DNA of 63,676 bases, filler included, from Octopus bimaculoides (GCF_001194135.2; 7 parts of 6 records of this genome joined end to end with filler, not necessarily neighbours in it); one strand, 5' to 3'; shown: positions 35,446 through 50,334, counted from the whole stretch's first letter. Program-made: numbers and translations. The notes: generated by a model not told the origin, from the sequence alone.

Positions 35446-38030
35446 ATAGAAGAAACACACCTGCTTGGCGTCCAAGAAAATTTTCTTTTACTACTACTAC
35501 TACTACTACTGCATTTTATTAAGGCAGCTCGCCGTCTTGATAATGATAGAAATAAGGGTTTCAAATTTTGGCACAGGAATCAACAGTTTTTGAGGGGATG
35601 GGTAAGTCGATTACACCGACCCTAGTACTTGACTGGTACTTATTTTATCGGCCCCTGAAGGACGAAAGGCTAGGTCGACTTCGGCAGAATTTGAACTCAG
35701 AACATAAAGACGGATGAAATGCTGCTAAGCATTTGGCTCGGCATGCTAAGGATTCCACCAACTCGCTACTGTATGGTGAAATTTAATATTGATTTTCTTT
35801 TCTTCATCCAGGAAGTATACCTTTGGTGTTATTATGGAAGATATAGTCGATGCAGTGCCTGATTATTTGTAAATATTGTTTCGATTATAGATAAAATCGA
35901 CCTCGGTAGGTATTTGAAATCAGTTTATATAACAGAGTCCAAAATAAAATAATGTAGGGCCAGTACACCTCCTACCCTGCGCCAACATCACGTTGAAGAT
36001 GTTGACTGCGTGATCTTTATAGATTGTATTGTTGTGCTTATCGGTTTCTCTGCTCCATTTTGGTTTCATTTATATATGAAGGGTTGTGCGTGTCTGTGAG
36101 TACTCATAAGTTGACGTAATGCCATGTGTAAAAGAATACTGTAATGTTGCGTAAATGAGTTAAATGAAGACCGGTTACTATTTTCAATGAAAACCATTAG
36201 CTTTCATTCTTTCTTCTTTTTTTTTTCTCTTTCGTTTGTCTTCATATTGACCTTGTTACTACATGCTAGTTATGGTTGCTCTTTCAATTGATCCGCCATT
36301 ATCGACCATTGATTGAATTGATCAGCTAATACATAAAATAGGCCCTGAATAGGTATTAATGCAGCGAATTTTCTCCATTGTTCACGTTGCTGCTGCATAG
36401 GTGAAATATAATCATCAAATTTCTACGTAGGTCGTGCCTAAAATACGCTATCACATACAGAAAGAAAAATAAATTAGACTGAACAAAGCCTTTTTGTATG
36501 AATTCTCATTTTTTGTGTCTATAATGTATTCATTGGAGATGGATTTTAATGCACTTATTCAATACGTTGCATCTTCCATTTGAGAAGTCGACAGATTCTG
36601 TCAAAAGTTAATTTTATTTTAGATGTTGTTAAGAAATATGTAAAAAGGCTTGTCAGACCGTGTCATGGACCCAGTATACAAAATGGAAGGGCGTTGCCTG
36701 GAAGATGGCGAGGGGGATGTGCTGGAGTAGCCACTCTAACTCACGGGGCTCCCACTTTGGGATAGCCATCTTCGCCTCGATAGCGATGAACAGGAATATG
36801 GTCTTTGGACCAAGAACGTCGGAAGTCTTCGCTGCCTCAGGCTCAACCATAAACCTGTCGGAGAGCGGGCGATACATTGACAGTTTGCCCATCTCGACCT
36901 GATGAACAGCGGAGCCTGGGCTGGTAGCTGAACACATTAAGTTGTCGTTGGAGAAGGTGTCACAGATGTATCTATTTGAGATGGATTTTTTCAACCCAAT
37001 AAAAGAAAAGGCGAATGGGTAGATGTCATTTCTTTAACCTTCGTGGGTATTTCAATAGGCAGCATTTGAGTAGACCGAAATAAATTTGAAGGAGATCTAC
37101 AAGGGGGAGGTAGAAATGATAGCGAAATGGCTATCAGTTTTCGACTTCCAGACCTCATACTTTCACGAATCATGTTTGAAAAATGCCTTTTATGGGTTCA
37201 AATATCACTGAAACATTTGAATTGGTCTTAAATTTGTTTACTCTCATTCACTGCTTCGCGAATATATTCACGAATTTGTTCTGGCCTGGCGGCCAATATT
37301 CGCTGTAGATCAATAATATTCTTTTCTACTCTAAGCACAAGGACCTAAATTTTGGGGGAGAGTGCCAGTCGATTCGATCGACCCCAGTACGCAGCTTGTA
37401 CTTAATTTATCGACCCCGAAAGGATGAAAGGCGAAGTCGATCTTGGCGGAATTTGAAGTTAGAACGTAAAGACAAACGAAATACCACTAAGCAGTTCGGC
37501 CGGCGCGCCAACGTTTCTGCCAGCTCGTCGCCTTTGTCGGTCAATAATATTGACTGATGTCTTATGATGGAAGATTCGCTAACTAGTTGGATTAGAGTTC
37601 CCACTCTTTAATACCTGAGGCTTAAGAGAAGCAAAGAGTTCAAAATGCATCCAACAACCCTATAGGGAGGGATCTAAGCTGACTATAGTTTTCGAGCAGC
37701 TTGTCTAAGCGAGAATTTTTTTCTCTGTGCTAAACGGCAGTGAAAAGCTTTTAATATATTCTGTTACTGTATTGTTTGTATCCATTAATTTCCCTCCCTA
37801 CTTTTGTTACCTTTCTCGGTTTATCCGTGTTTTTTAATTACCGAAGCGATATTCCCAATAAAATTAGCGCAACCAGATGAAAAGTAACATGGAATTTGAA
37901 GCCTTCGGATATTTAAACGCGCCGAAACTTCGCTTGTTGTCTGGATATCCATGGCTTATGAGAGATATCTCCATGTTATCTTGTCTTTCGTTCTTTTCCT
38001 GTTGTTGCCTTGTTCCATTTTCAATTTTTC

Positions 38031-38070
<40 letters not shown>

Positions 38071-38839
38071 ATGAACGTATAATCTCACGAAATCCCACAT
38101 AAGCATAAGAGTAAACATTCTTTCTTCAAAATAATAAAAAAATTCAATATCACAGAAATGGTAAAAACCTACAAGCAGTAAAAAACTGTAAAAAAGCATC
38201 AAATCCCTTCTGTCATACGCGCATACATAGAGCCCTAAAGACAGCACAGAAGACCCTAAATAAATCGATGCATGTTAAATGAATGACAGTTTCATTTTTA
38301 ATATAAGGCATAAAAATATTCTCGCAAGTCCTCTGATAAAACCAACGAATAGCAAATATGTCAATATAACAGCGAAATAACAAAACATCAAATATTTAGT
38401 TTAGTCATAAAATGCTTTACCAATTTTTTCTTATTCTTGTCCCGAAATTGTCTTCTTTCCTTATATATCTCTTTTCTTTTTGCAATATTCTTCTTTTTTT
38501 TGTTTGTTTTTACTTTCTTTTGTTTCGTCTTTATTATCGTCTTTGTGTTTTGTTTCCTTCTTCCTTCCATATTTTTTTCTTGTTGAACCTCTCTCCTCCA
38601 TTTCTCACATATCAATTCCACGACTCTCTAACTTCCTCTCCTCCACCTGTCACTCTTCCCTTCTGTTCTTCTCCTTACATTTTAATTTTGTGTTCCTTGT
38701 TTTAATTGTTATTGTTATCGCTGTTGTTGTTGTTTTTGTTGATGGTGTCGTAGATTTCGTTCTTATTCTTGTTATCGTTATTGCTTTTGTTGTCCACATA
38801 TTACTGTTGCGGTTCTTAATAATATTGATGATCCTCCTC

Positions 38840-39031
38840 ATCGTCTTCTTCTTCTTCTTCTTCTTCTTCTTCTTCTTCTTCTTCTTCTTCTTCTTCTTCT
38901 TCTTCTTCTTCTTCTTCTTCTTCTTCTTCTGCTGCTGCTTCTTCTTCTTCTCCTTCTTCATTTTCCTGCAGTAGTAGTAGCAGCAGCAGCAACATCAGCT
39001 ACAGCAACAGCATTATTATTATTATTATTAT

Positions 39032-39062
<31 letters not shown>

Positions 39063-39075
39063 TGTTGTTGTTGTA
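38840..39075. repeat. Compound (CTT)n/(CAG)n/(TAT)n/(TAG)n microsatellite
   Basis: Direct inspection. Confidence 0.95.
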
Positions 39076-39553
39076 GTTTTCGTTGTGTTTTCCTGCAATC
39101 GGATGTGATCAGAAACAAGTAACACATGGGAATTAGGTTAAAATAATAAAAAAAATCTATAAGATCGTTTTTATCTCTAAACATTTTTTCTCTTAAAATA
39201 AAAAAAAAATATTCGTCAATTTTAATTTTTATATTAAAAAACAAATTTTATGCCTATTTCATTTCCTTTCATTTATTTATTTATTTATTTTATAATTTAT
39301 TCATTTTATTTATCATATTTATTTATTCACTAGCTGAGTCGTTTTAGTGCAGGAAATTGGTTTTTTGATTATTCCATTCGGAAATGAGTTCTTGCTTCGA
39401 AAACAGTTTCCTAAATAATTCCTAATCCAGGTTTTAATTCTTCCTTGTTGCCGTTCTAGATAATCTAGTTGCAGTTGTCATCTTCGTCATCGTCGTTGTT
39501 ATTGCTAATGCCCATCACGCATATTTCATTTTATGCATATTATTCTTTTATGG

Positions 39554-39584
<31 letters not shown>

Positions 39585-39982
39585 TTATTTATATATATAT
39601 ACTTTATTCTTTTACTTGTTTCAGTCAGTTGACTGTGGCCATGCTGGAACACTGCCTTTAGTCGAACAAATCGACCCCAAGACTTATACTTTTGTAAACC
39701 TAGTACTTATTCTATCGGTCTCTTGTGCCGAACAGCTAAGTTACGCGTTGTGCGAGCTTACAGCACTCACTAACAATATGGCTTATACTTTCTCCTTTCT
39801 CAGAGCACATCCCACCCTGTGGCTTTTATCAATGTGATATACTTTGAGTAGTTTGTTGTGAGTGCTTGTTCTTGAGCGCTGCACACTAATGCTTCAATGG
39901 GCCCTTTAAAGTCTCCTTTTGGCAGCCATTGCCAGGTTCTATTCCAATCAATCAATCATCACCACCACCACCACCACCACCA

Positions 39983-40082
39983 NNNNNNNNNNNNNNNNNN
40001 NNNNNNNNNNNNNNNNNNNNNNNNNNTTAATTAATTAANNNNNNNNNNNNNNNNNNNNNNNNNNNNNNNNNNNNNNNNNNNN
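39983..40082. other. Artificial scaffold linker
   Basis: N44-TTAATTAATTAA-N44. Confidence 0.95.
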
Positions 40083-40147
<65 letters not shown>

Positions 40148-41886
40148 GGACAAGAAACAAATTTTTCTGCACATAAATTTTTCCATTAAGTCCAAGTGTA
40201 AATTTATCCCTCACACATAACGCTTACATTTCCATGGTCATTTTAATATACCCACGTCTATCCCGTCATTAACTTCTCCATCAACATTAGCACCTTAGAA
40301 GACAACTGTTAATTCTTTACTTTAACCTGCGGGCTTTAATTAAACGCCTAAATTTTAAACCTTAACCACTTAGATATTCCTAAATTATTAAATATTTAAC
40401 TGGCTTCTCTATTCATGCCTGCTTCTCCATTCATCCTTTAATATATTCATACACCCCCATATATAGGAATATATCTATAGCTACTGACCGTAACCAACTG
40501 GTATTCAACGCACACAAATATTTACTACTTGACCTCTTGCCCCAACCCTAGACTTGTAGTGCTGGTATCTTATCTATTATTCTCTTTATTTCTTTCCCTA
40601 TTCCCCTTGATCCTTTTAATTTTTATTTTTATTCTCCATTATCTTCCTCTCCTCTTTTATCTGTACCATTATTTTTACAATTTATTCTCATTCTTATTTT
40701 TATTTCTACTTTTTCTACTTTCTATTTTTTAAAAATTAAAATTTTAATTTTTTTAATGTTTTTTATTACTTAATTTTTACTCTATATTTTTACATTTATT
40801 TATTCTTATTCTTCTAACCAGTCCCTCTGACAAATCCTTGCTAATATCCTTTCACTTACTTTCCTCCTCTCTCTGCCTCCACAGGGTACTCTATTTCTCT
40901 CTCCCTTCTCCTTAACCTCTCCTTCTCTTTCTTTCTCTTTATTTCTCTTTCTCCTTCTCCCTCCACTTTACTCAGCCACTTAACACCGGTTGTCAAGCAG
41001 CGATGGAAGACAAACACAGACACACATACACATACACACACACACACACACGACGGGCTCCATTCAGAAGTGAAGATAAATGTAGGGACCGTAGAAAAAA
41101 ACCCATTCACGACCATTTGTACATGCGGAAGTTTTTAGCATTGTGTAGGAAGGGCATATGGTACATGTGCGGACATCGCATTATTCCTCTACGTAGAAAA
41201 TAGCAAGCAATATATTTTCTGATGTGTGCCGAAGCTTCGCAAGGTGGAATTAACTTTTCTTTACTTTTAAAATATGTGGTACAAACTTTTATAGGTGTTC
41301 ACATTTTCGGAAACTTCACATAGAATCAGACCACACTTTTTACGGATCACAGCATGCACTTTTGAAATTTGTTCGTTGCTATGGAAACAGGATGCATTTT
41401 CAATTTTTTTAAAATCACGTGGTACAAGCGTTTACAGATACTTGCTATTTCTGAAACTATTATTCGACCTCAGTAACATAAAAATTCGCATCAAGGTAAA
41501 ACTGGCTATGACCGATAATGATTTTCGAGATAAACCAGACCACAAAAACGTTTCAGATGACTTGTACTCCTTAAAGATGAAAACAGAACAAAATAATAAA
41601 ACACTAATATAAAGTCATGTACTGATTATTGATAAAATTATGTAAATTATATTATAATAAGGTTGGAACTTAAGAAACTCTCAATTAAAAATAAGCTATG
41701 AAAGATAACATGCTACTCTTAAACACGGGAATATTGAATAATTCATAAGATAATGCAAGATGTTGACGGTGTATTGATTTTGTTGAGTAACTGAAAAGGA
41801 TTATATAATTATATTATGACAAACGTAATATCACATGTTCTGTTAGGCAAAATCCTAAAAGTCGCGATATAAAAATAAAAGAGGTG

Positions 41887-42055
<169 letters not shown>

Positions 42056-44309
42056 GAATGAATGTTTTATTATATCAGTTTTTTATTTCTTGCAAGAGCT
42101 ATTTTGAAAATAATGTTTCTTTATGTGTATGTATGTGTGTATGTATGTCTGCATGCATGCATGTGTATGTATGCATGTATGTATGTATATATGTATGCAT
42201 GTATGTATGTATGTATGTGTGCATGTATGCATATGTATGTGTGTGTGTATGTGTTGATAATATTATAAGAAAAACTAAATAACTACCTAATATTCAGTAG
42301 GGTACATACTATGTAAGAAAAAAATGCACACTTACGAGTAAGTAAAAATAGCTTAGCTTAAGAACTATAATGATATAAAGCTTTGAAATTGGTAGTACAT
42401 CATGAAGAGTTAAATTATTTAAATTTTGTATTTTTTGTCACAAACATATATACATACATATACATCACACATACAAGCGCGCGCACACACACACGCACGC
42501 ACACTTGCAAGCTCGCACGCACACGCCCCCACACACCAGTTTTGCTGTTCCATAGAAACGATATGAAACTATCAAAACCAGAGATAATCCAGAAATAAGT
42601 AATAGTTTTTACGTGCTAGAATTTGGATGATTTGAATAACATTCCCGTTTCTTCAGTTGCTAATGTCTACTGATATAATGTTCAAGATGGTAATTAGCAG
42701 AAGTACTCCGTCAAACTAATTGAATTTAATTCTTCAGTAAGAGACAGCGACTGTTGGGAGTGTTAGAATGACGGCTTAAGTAACTTGTTAGATTTAATTA
42801 GGCCCCTTTATGTTGTATGTTCAGATGTTTTGGAGGAACCATTTGTCTCTCCTGATTCCGGAGAGAATGAAATAAATGAAAGTCAAAAAATGTTGTCAAT
42901 TTAATGAATCTCAGATGTGTAGCTATCCACCTATGTTGGAAATTGAATCTTCTTTTATGAAGGGCCATGAAAAGCAAGAGTGATACATCAGATGCCTTAG
43001 GATATTTAGATACCTTCCTCTATATTTTGAGTTTAAATTTTACCAGAGTTGATGGTAGTTTTATTCAACCCGGGTTCGATAAAAGAAATATTAGCAGTGC
43101 TGTCTTAGTGGCATTATAGACCTTCTGGCAATCAGAGCACTGGGCCGCATATTATTTATTGGCAGCAAGCTTCAGCATACATAGATCAGAACCGGATCTC
43201 TAAACACGTGAGGCCCCTGGGCAACTTTGCCCTGTGTTCCTATGCCTTAAGACGGAATTGAATATCTGTGAAGTTTTTGTGTTGATTTGATCGACTGTAA
43301 CTTATTCCTACCAATGTATGCACTTGACTTCACTCCAATGTCCCGTCAGGGAATGATGTTTTTGATTTCTCTGGAGTTTATAAAATAATCACCAGTTTTA
43401 AGCTGGAACCGATTTGGTCTGCTGAACTTCCAGTTTATAGCATTGGGTTACTTTAATTTCTGCTTTTAGCTATTAAGAATATACTGTATTTAGGGTGATA
43501 AGATGGTTAGAATTATCGAGCAACAGGCTAAAAAGACTTCAGGCATCCCCAGTTTAAATCCTATCAGTGATTTGTTTCCGATTTCATTATTCTACAGTCT
43601 ATAAAATAAAGTTGTAATAGTTGCTACCGTACAAAATTTGGCCTTGTGCCTGGTGAAATGCAACCATTAAGTATTGTCGTTACAAATTCACTATTTTGGC
43701 ATTGTTATATTAAGAAAGAATATACCAAGCTCTTATAAATATCGTTATATACGTCTGTATCTTGCCATATTGATTTTAAAATCAATTGAAATGTTTATCA
43801 GTCATTTTGGCAGATCATATTCATATTTAGGTTGCATTACTAGACTATCAGTCTGCCATAACGTACGAAGATATAACTTGGAAGTAAAAGACACGCACAC
43901 ATACACACATACACAAACACTCACATATAGACATGCATATATATACATGCACTTATAAAATTGCAATATTTCAATTATTCACATCACTTAAGTACACTAA
44001 TCCCCTTGATGTAATACGAATTCTCAGTTCCACTCTTAAACTATAGAACCTCTGTTCCACAGTTTCAAGAAGAAATCAATAACTATAAGATTATTTAAAT
44101 TCTGAAAGTACAGTAGGTAAGACTTTAGTAAGGTGAAATTGCAACATGGATTATGTTCCCAGTTAAAGTGACGTGAAGATCTGCAAAATTGATACTGCAT
44201 CCGATTTATCGCTTTGTTAAAATAGGGGTTTTTATACCTGATCCTAAAAAGTCAACGGTTTATAAGTATTACTTAAACTCTAAATGGAACATGTAGCTTC
44301 CTTAAAAGA

Positions 44310-44590
44310 TGGAGGGGCTGGACACATTGCTGACTGCTGAAGAACTGATCAGAGCCATTGATGGCTTACTCTCTGGGAAAGCACCGGGATTGGACGACAT
44401 CCCGCCAGAGATCATGACGTGAGTAAGGAGAGCTCTACTCAGCCACTTGCTTAAGCTACTCTGTCAGTGCTGGGTGGATGGCAGAATCCCGCAAGACATG
44501 AAAGACAGCAACGTTATCAACCTCTATAAGAACAAATTATCAACCTCTATAAGAATAAAGGGGACAGAAATGTTAACTGCTATTGATAGA
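44310..44590 (+). mobile_element. RTE-like LINE reverse transcriptase fragment
   Basis: EELIRAIDGLLSGKAPGLDDIPPEI...GRIPQDMKDSNVINLYKNK, the typical GKAPGxD / IxxLYKxKG RT N-terminus; small tandem duplication atcaacctctataagaa. Confidence 0.85.
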
Positions 44591-44747
44591 ACAGATAACT
44601 GGTTGCAATTAATCACTAAACATTGGCAAAATACGAGCGTCAGTATTTATACAGTACTAATCAGGCAATCAGCAAACTCGATCACTATTAATTTCATAAT
44701 TTCCAACAATGCAAGCAGATAGTTTAAATGATATTAGAAAGAATTCT

Positions 44748-45180
44748 AAGGCGGCGAGAAGGTAGAGTCGTTAGCACACTGGATAAAATGCTTAGCGGCA
44801 TTTCGTCCGTCTTCGCGTGATGAGTTCAAATGCCGTCGAGGATTCTTTAAGAATCGATAAAATAAGTACTAGTGGAACACTAGGGTCAATTTAACCGACC
44901 TAACGTCTCCCCCGAATTTGCTGGCCTTGTGCCAAAAATTTGAAATCCATATTAGAAAGATTTCCAAGGCAGTGAGCTGGCAGAATCCCTAGTAAGCCTC
45001 GCAAGAATCTTAGCGGCATTTTGCCCGCCTTCACGTTATGAGTTCAAATGCTGCCAAGGTCGACTTTGCCTTTTGTCTTTTCAGGGTCGATAAAAGTACC
45101 AGTGGAACACTGGGGTCGATGTAACAGACTTAACCCTCCCCCAAAATTGCTGGCCCTGTGCCAAAATTTGAAACCGATAT
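44748..45180 (+). mobile_element. Two tandem SINE family A copies
   Basis: Heads at 44748 and 44965, each with core and aaaatttgaaa tail. Confidence 0.85.
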
Positions 45181-45531
45181 TAGAAGGATATCTTATTTAA
45201 AGTGTTAATATATCTGAAGGACAGTGTCATGACTTTTGCAGTCATGTGAAATAGATACAATTTATGCCCAGTTGAGTATCTGCAGTAAAAATGCCAATGG
45301 GGAGAGAATCGAACGGGTAGGAATCGAATGTTTGTTTAGTGTGGTAACATTAATTAGTAGTTAGAGCACCCTGTAGGGATTCAAGAAGTCAACACATCGG
45401 AGTGTATACACAAGAAAACTTTAACCTTCTATAAATATATAATACATGTCCACAGTTGTCGCTCGTTCATGCTAATATTAGAGGAATATTCGCCATTAGT
45501 TCATGGTTTCTTCTCACGTAATATTATTAAT

Positions 45532-45921
45532 GTGGAGGCGCAATGGCCCAGTGGTTAGGGCAGCGGACTCGCGGTCATAGGATCGCGGTTTCGATTCCCA
45601 GACCGGGCGTTGTGAGTGTTTATTGAGCGAAAACACCTAAAGCTCCACGACGCTCCGGCAGGGGATGGTGGCGAACTCTGCTGTACTCTTTCACCACAAC
45701 TTTCTCTCACTCTTTCTTCCTGTTTCTGTTGTACCTGTATTTCAAAGGGGTCAACCTTGTCATACTCTGTGTCACGCTGAATATCCCCGAGAATTACGTT
45801 AAGGGTACACGAGTCTGTGGAGTGCTCAGCCACTTGCGCGTTAATTTCACGAGCAAGCTGTTCCGTTGATCTGATCAACTGGAACCCTCGACGACGTAAG
45901 CGACGGAGTGCCAACAACAAC
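45532..45921 (+). mobile_element. SINE family B, full length, 12-bp TSD AATATTATTAAT
   Basis: TSD at 45520-45531 and 45922-45933; (CAA)n tail; highly similar to the 24928 copy. Confidence 0.92.
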
Positions 45922-47157
45922 AATATTATTAATAATTCAAGTTTCTTTACTCATTACGTTAAGAATGACAGCACTAACTCGACCAACTTTTCGCAGTATT
46001 AACTACCAACTCACTTACTAGAAATAGCAACAAAATCTCTCTGAAAACGTACTCTGATGTCTTAGAAAAGGAAGGTCATATTGTTTTGGACGATGTAGTT
46101 ATAAATACAATATAAAAGAGACATGATGATGATCATAGCTGCAATGCTTTTAATTACAAGACTGCTGCAACAACACTAACCTTGATACCAGCAATATTAA
46201 AATGCATGTATGTATGCATGAGTGTGTATTTGTTTGTGAGTTTGTGTGTGTGAGTGCGCGCGTGTGTATCAATGCTTAGCGGCATCTCGTCAGCTTTATG
46301 TTCCGAGTTCAGATTCTGCTGAGGTCGGCTTTGCCTTTCATCCTTTCGAGGTGGATAAAATAAATACCAGTTGAACTCTGGGGTCGATGTAATTGACTTA
46401 ATCCCTCCCCTTGAATTGCTGGTCTTGTGCAAAAATTTGAAACCAATATTAAAATAACAACAAAAACATTAGAATGTATAAATTCGTTGGCGAAATTTTG
46501 GCATAAATTTTAGAGTTGTTTAGCTCTGATGATCGGTGTTGAATTTTGAGTCCAAGGAGTAATTATGTATCACGAAATGGCAGGGAAGTTATCTGCTTAT
46601 GACTTGGTCTAAAAACTAGTGCGTGCATATGAAGCTAGCAGATGTTCTAAGAACTTCACTTTAAATTAATATTTGCATTATTACCAAATCAAGAAATGTT
46701 GCATTATTACTAAATCAAGAAGTTTGTGTTATTACTAAACCAACCAAACAGTAAACCTCTAAATCGGCTGTTATTACTGACGTTCTTTATTTGGCCAATA
46801 TTTATTCGATTTTATATACAAGATAAAACGAGGAACGTAGAGTGGATTACAGTTTGTCAGAGCAGCTGTAGAGGATGTAAACAGAACGACGTGGTACCTC
46901 TTCAGAAGTCGGAGATAATTATATTCAGTATTTCAGAGAAATTAATGCTCATCAAGAGAGCTCTCTGGATAACTTGCCGAGGGAAGTACTACGTTGTAAT
47001 AGCCAATTAGGAGTTATTATATGCATCGGAATTGACACTGAGCTAATCTTTCTACATCAGTATGTATGTATGTATGTATGTATGTATGTATGTATGTATG
47101 TATAGATGTATGTATAGATGTATGTATGCATGTATGTGTGTTTTTGTGTGTGAATGC

Positions 47158-47235
<78 letters not shown>

Positions 47236-47640
47236 TTGCATATATGTAGTGTTACATATACGTATATGTATATATTTATGTATATGTATGCACACATCAC
47301 ACACACACAAACAAACTCACATACATACAAACACACAGACAGGGAGTGGAAGGGACGTGAAAATATGATGTCATAAATTTACCATCGGTTTCTTTTGAAG
47401 GTAAGATATGAATACTTCTGCAATAATTTTGTCATAGCATTAATGAATAGTATAACAACAACAACTACAACAACAATTTCTATATTCGATACAAGATAAA
47501 GAATAATCCAAAGCATTTACTTATCTAAAAAAGGGTACAGTTTGGGATGTCCCTTAATATATAATCAAAAACATGACAAAAATATACGTAAATTACCTGT
47601 ACTCGTTCACACAGGTACAAACATACACTATTTACAAATA

Positions 47641-47704
<64 letters not shown>

Positions 47705-47708
<4 letters not shown>

Positions 47709-48085
47709 ATAAAAGCAGAAGCGATTAGGTATAGCAAAGTACTAGCCATAGATAGAAACAGAGTAGAGGGTGACCTAGTTAAGAAGCTAGAAGAGGCGAT
47801 TAGAAGTGGTATCGTATCCGACGTTTTGGCGACGAGGTTGGCCCTCGACCAACACTTCAACGCCAAACACGGAGGGTGTGTTGTCAGAGGTAGGATGCGT
47901 GCTCTAAGGAACGAAGGTGTTGGAACCGCGCGAGAGGCCCGGGTGGAGGAGGCGCAACAGGGCAACAAAGCCACTATTCGGTCTCTGGTAAATGAACAGG
48001 GGCGCGAATTACTCGAGCCACGTAAAATGTGTGCGGCCTTTCAATAGCATTTTGCCCAACTGTTCGGGACGAGTGACTGTGATGA
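47705..48085 (+). mobile_element. L1/Tx1-like ORF2 internal fragment (post-endonuclease region)
   Basis: KLEEAIRSG...LDQHFNAKHGGCVVRGRMRALRNEG...EEAQQGNKATIRSLVNEQG fits the region between EN and RT; GC-rich. Confidence 0.65.
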
Positions 48086-48698
48086 ATAAGTTCCAGGATT
48101 TTTTGGAAAAGTTTCTCATTATAGATCTGCACTATGCCGAGGCGTACATTCATCTCCCAGGCACCAAAAATTAGCAATGTCGCCAGTTGATAATAACTTG
48201 TCAATAAAATGAACGGATATTAATATTTTCGATTCATATATTGCTACCACTGTATACTCTCCCTATCAATGAAGTTCATTTATTCATGTACTCGGTGACC
48301 ACAATACCTCTCTCCCTCTCTATGTGTTCACCTACCTATCGACTTGTCTACCTTTCTACACACACACAACACTCACACACATACACATACACACATGTAT
48401 ATATTAATTACTCACATGCAAACGCATTAATATAAATTTACAGCAGCAATATACGCAAAAATATATTTATAACTATGAGGTTCATGTTTGCATGTATCAT
48501 ATCTGTCTATTTGTCAATCTGTATAAAGACACGCCCCGAAAAAATTTCAATTTATACATACATCCACATATATACACACGTAATACAACTTCTTATAAAC
48601 GATTTCCACTGCTACCCAACCAATATATATTCATTTATACATACATACATGCATATGTATGTATATATATATATATATATATTACAGACATACACATA

Positions 48699-48772
<74 letters not shown>

Positions 48773-49307
48773 GTACATATACATATGTGTGTGTACGTGC
48801 ATATACGTATGCGTGTGTGTGCATGCGAGTAGGTGTATGTCTTATCAAATAAACCTAGCATAGTTTTCCTTATATGTATTGATTCTCAAAATAACAAAAC
48901 AAAACAAAACAAAAAATTACAGTAAATTAGACTTACCTTCACAGAGACACAGACAAACATATTCATAAATAGTCGTATAACTCATTGTTCGTATTCTATG
49001 TACTATTGAGATTTAAAGGAATACGTTTTGAAGAGTTAGAAAAAATAATGATGCTTAGAAACGATAAACAAACATCACGATGAACCGAAACAGAAAAAAA
49101 AGAAGCTCATTCAATTTTCTTCAATATATGTGAAAAGAAAAAAAAACGGAAGAACTTAGAACATACTATATTGATATTTCTTTAGTGTAATAGTTACCAA
49201 CCGACTAAATGCACTAATATATACATTGGTTGTGTGTATATATGCGAAAATGTGCGATTATAATATAATTGGCTTTCTTCATGAGCATTTAATATACAGA
49301 TATTTAT

Positions 49308-49910
49308 AAGGTGGCGAGCTGGCAGAATACTTAGCACTCCGGGGACAATACATAGCGGCATTTCGCCCGTCTTTACGTTCTGAGTTCAAATGCCACTTTG
49401 GTCGACTTTATCTTTCATCCTTTCGTGGTCGATCAAATAAGTATCAGTTGAGCACTGAGGTCGATGTAATCGACTTACCCCCAACCTCAAAATTGCTCGC
49501 CTTGTACCAAAATTTGAAAGCAATATATAGATATTTACAAGATGGCAAGCTGGCAGAATCGTTAGCACGCCGGGCAAAATGCTTAGCAGCATTTCGTCTG
49601 TCTTTACGTTCAAATTCTGCCGATGTCAACTTTGTTTTTCATTCCTTTCGAGGTCGTTAAAATAAGTATCAGTCTAACTCTGGGGATACATGTAATCGAT
49701 TTACCTCTACCCCCAAATGACTGGTTTTGCGCCAAAAATTTGAAACCAGTATATAGATATTTTAGTATGGGTGACAGACAGGCAGAATCTGAAAAGTGCC
49801 AGTTAAAATAACTTGATGTACTTAATTGTAAAACCGTATGTGCCGATTATAAATCACCTCAAAGTCAGCTTTGTCTATCATTCTTCGAGCACCGATAAAA
49901 TAAGTATTAG
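49308..49910 (+). mobile_element. Three head-to-tail SINE family A copies
   Basis: Heads at ~49308, ~49540 and ~49775, each separated by the same atatagatattt spacer. Confidence 0.85.
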
Positions 49911-49970
49911 ACGAGCATATATAGGAATACATATAAATCGGCTGTCTACCCATACGCCACACGAAAGGTG

Positions 49971-50086
49971 AAATAAATATGAGATGATTTGGGCCATGCA
50001 GAAACTGGAAGATCTACTTAAAGATATTGCAGTCTTTTCTCCTGACGAGGACTAAAGCTATCGTAATGTTGGAAATCTTTTAACAG
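49971..50086 (+). repeat. Direct repeat copy 1 (pseudo-LTR-like); copy 2 at 51671-51786
   Basis: aaataaatatgagatgatttgggccatgcagaaactggaagatctactta..gaggactaaagct.tcgtaatgtt.gaaatctttt present twice, offset 1700 bp. Confidence 0.85.
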
Positions 50087-50301
50087 GTTTCTCAGGGTCG
50101 ACAGCATTTCGATACTTAGCCTGTACACTTAACTCAGATGAAGCAGTGAGTAATGCCTGTAGATGTGTTCCATCTTTGCCTACGGATTTCTTCCTTCTGT
50201 GGTCATTGGCCAACCACAGCCACCATGAACAAAATTTCTGCTGGCATGTCCGTCTTCTTGTTGCCTGGGTTCAAAACTAATGGTTTTGTATCTAAGATAG
50301 A

Positions 50302-50334
<33 letters not shown>

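Noticed and set aside
35070-35564. Poly-His, poly-Asp/Glu, poly-Met and poly-Ser ORFs
   Set aside because: All are frames of one (GAT)n/(GAG)n microsatellite; no splice or domain context.
38480-38974. Poly-Lys / poly-Phe ORFs
   Set aside because: (CTT)n microsatellite.
45532-45605. tRNA genes at the heads of several repeats (also 24928, 29755, 61141)
   Set aside because: They continue into SINE bodies with tails and TSDs and lack a proper acceptor stem; SINE heads, not tRNAs.
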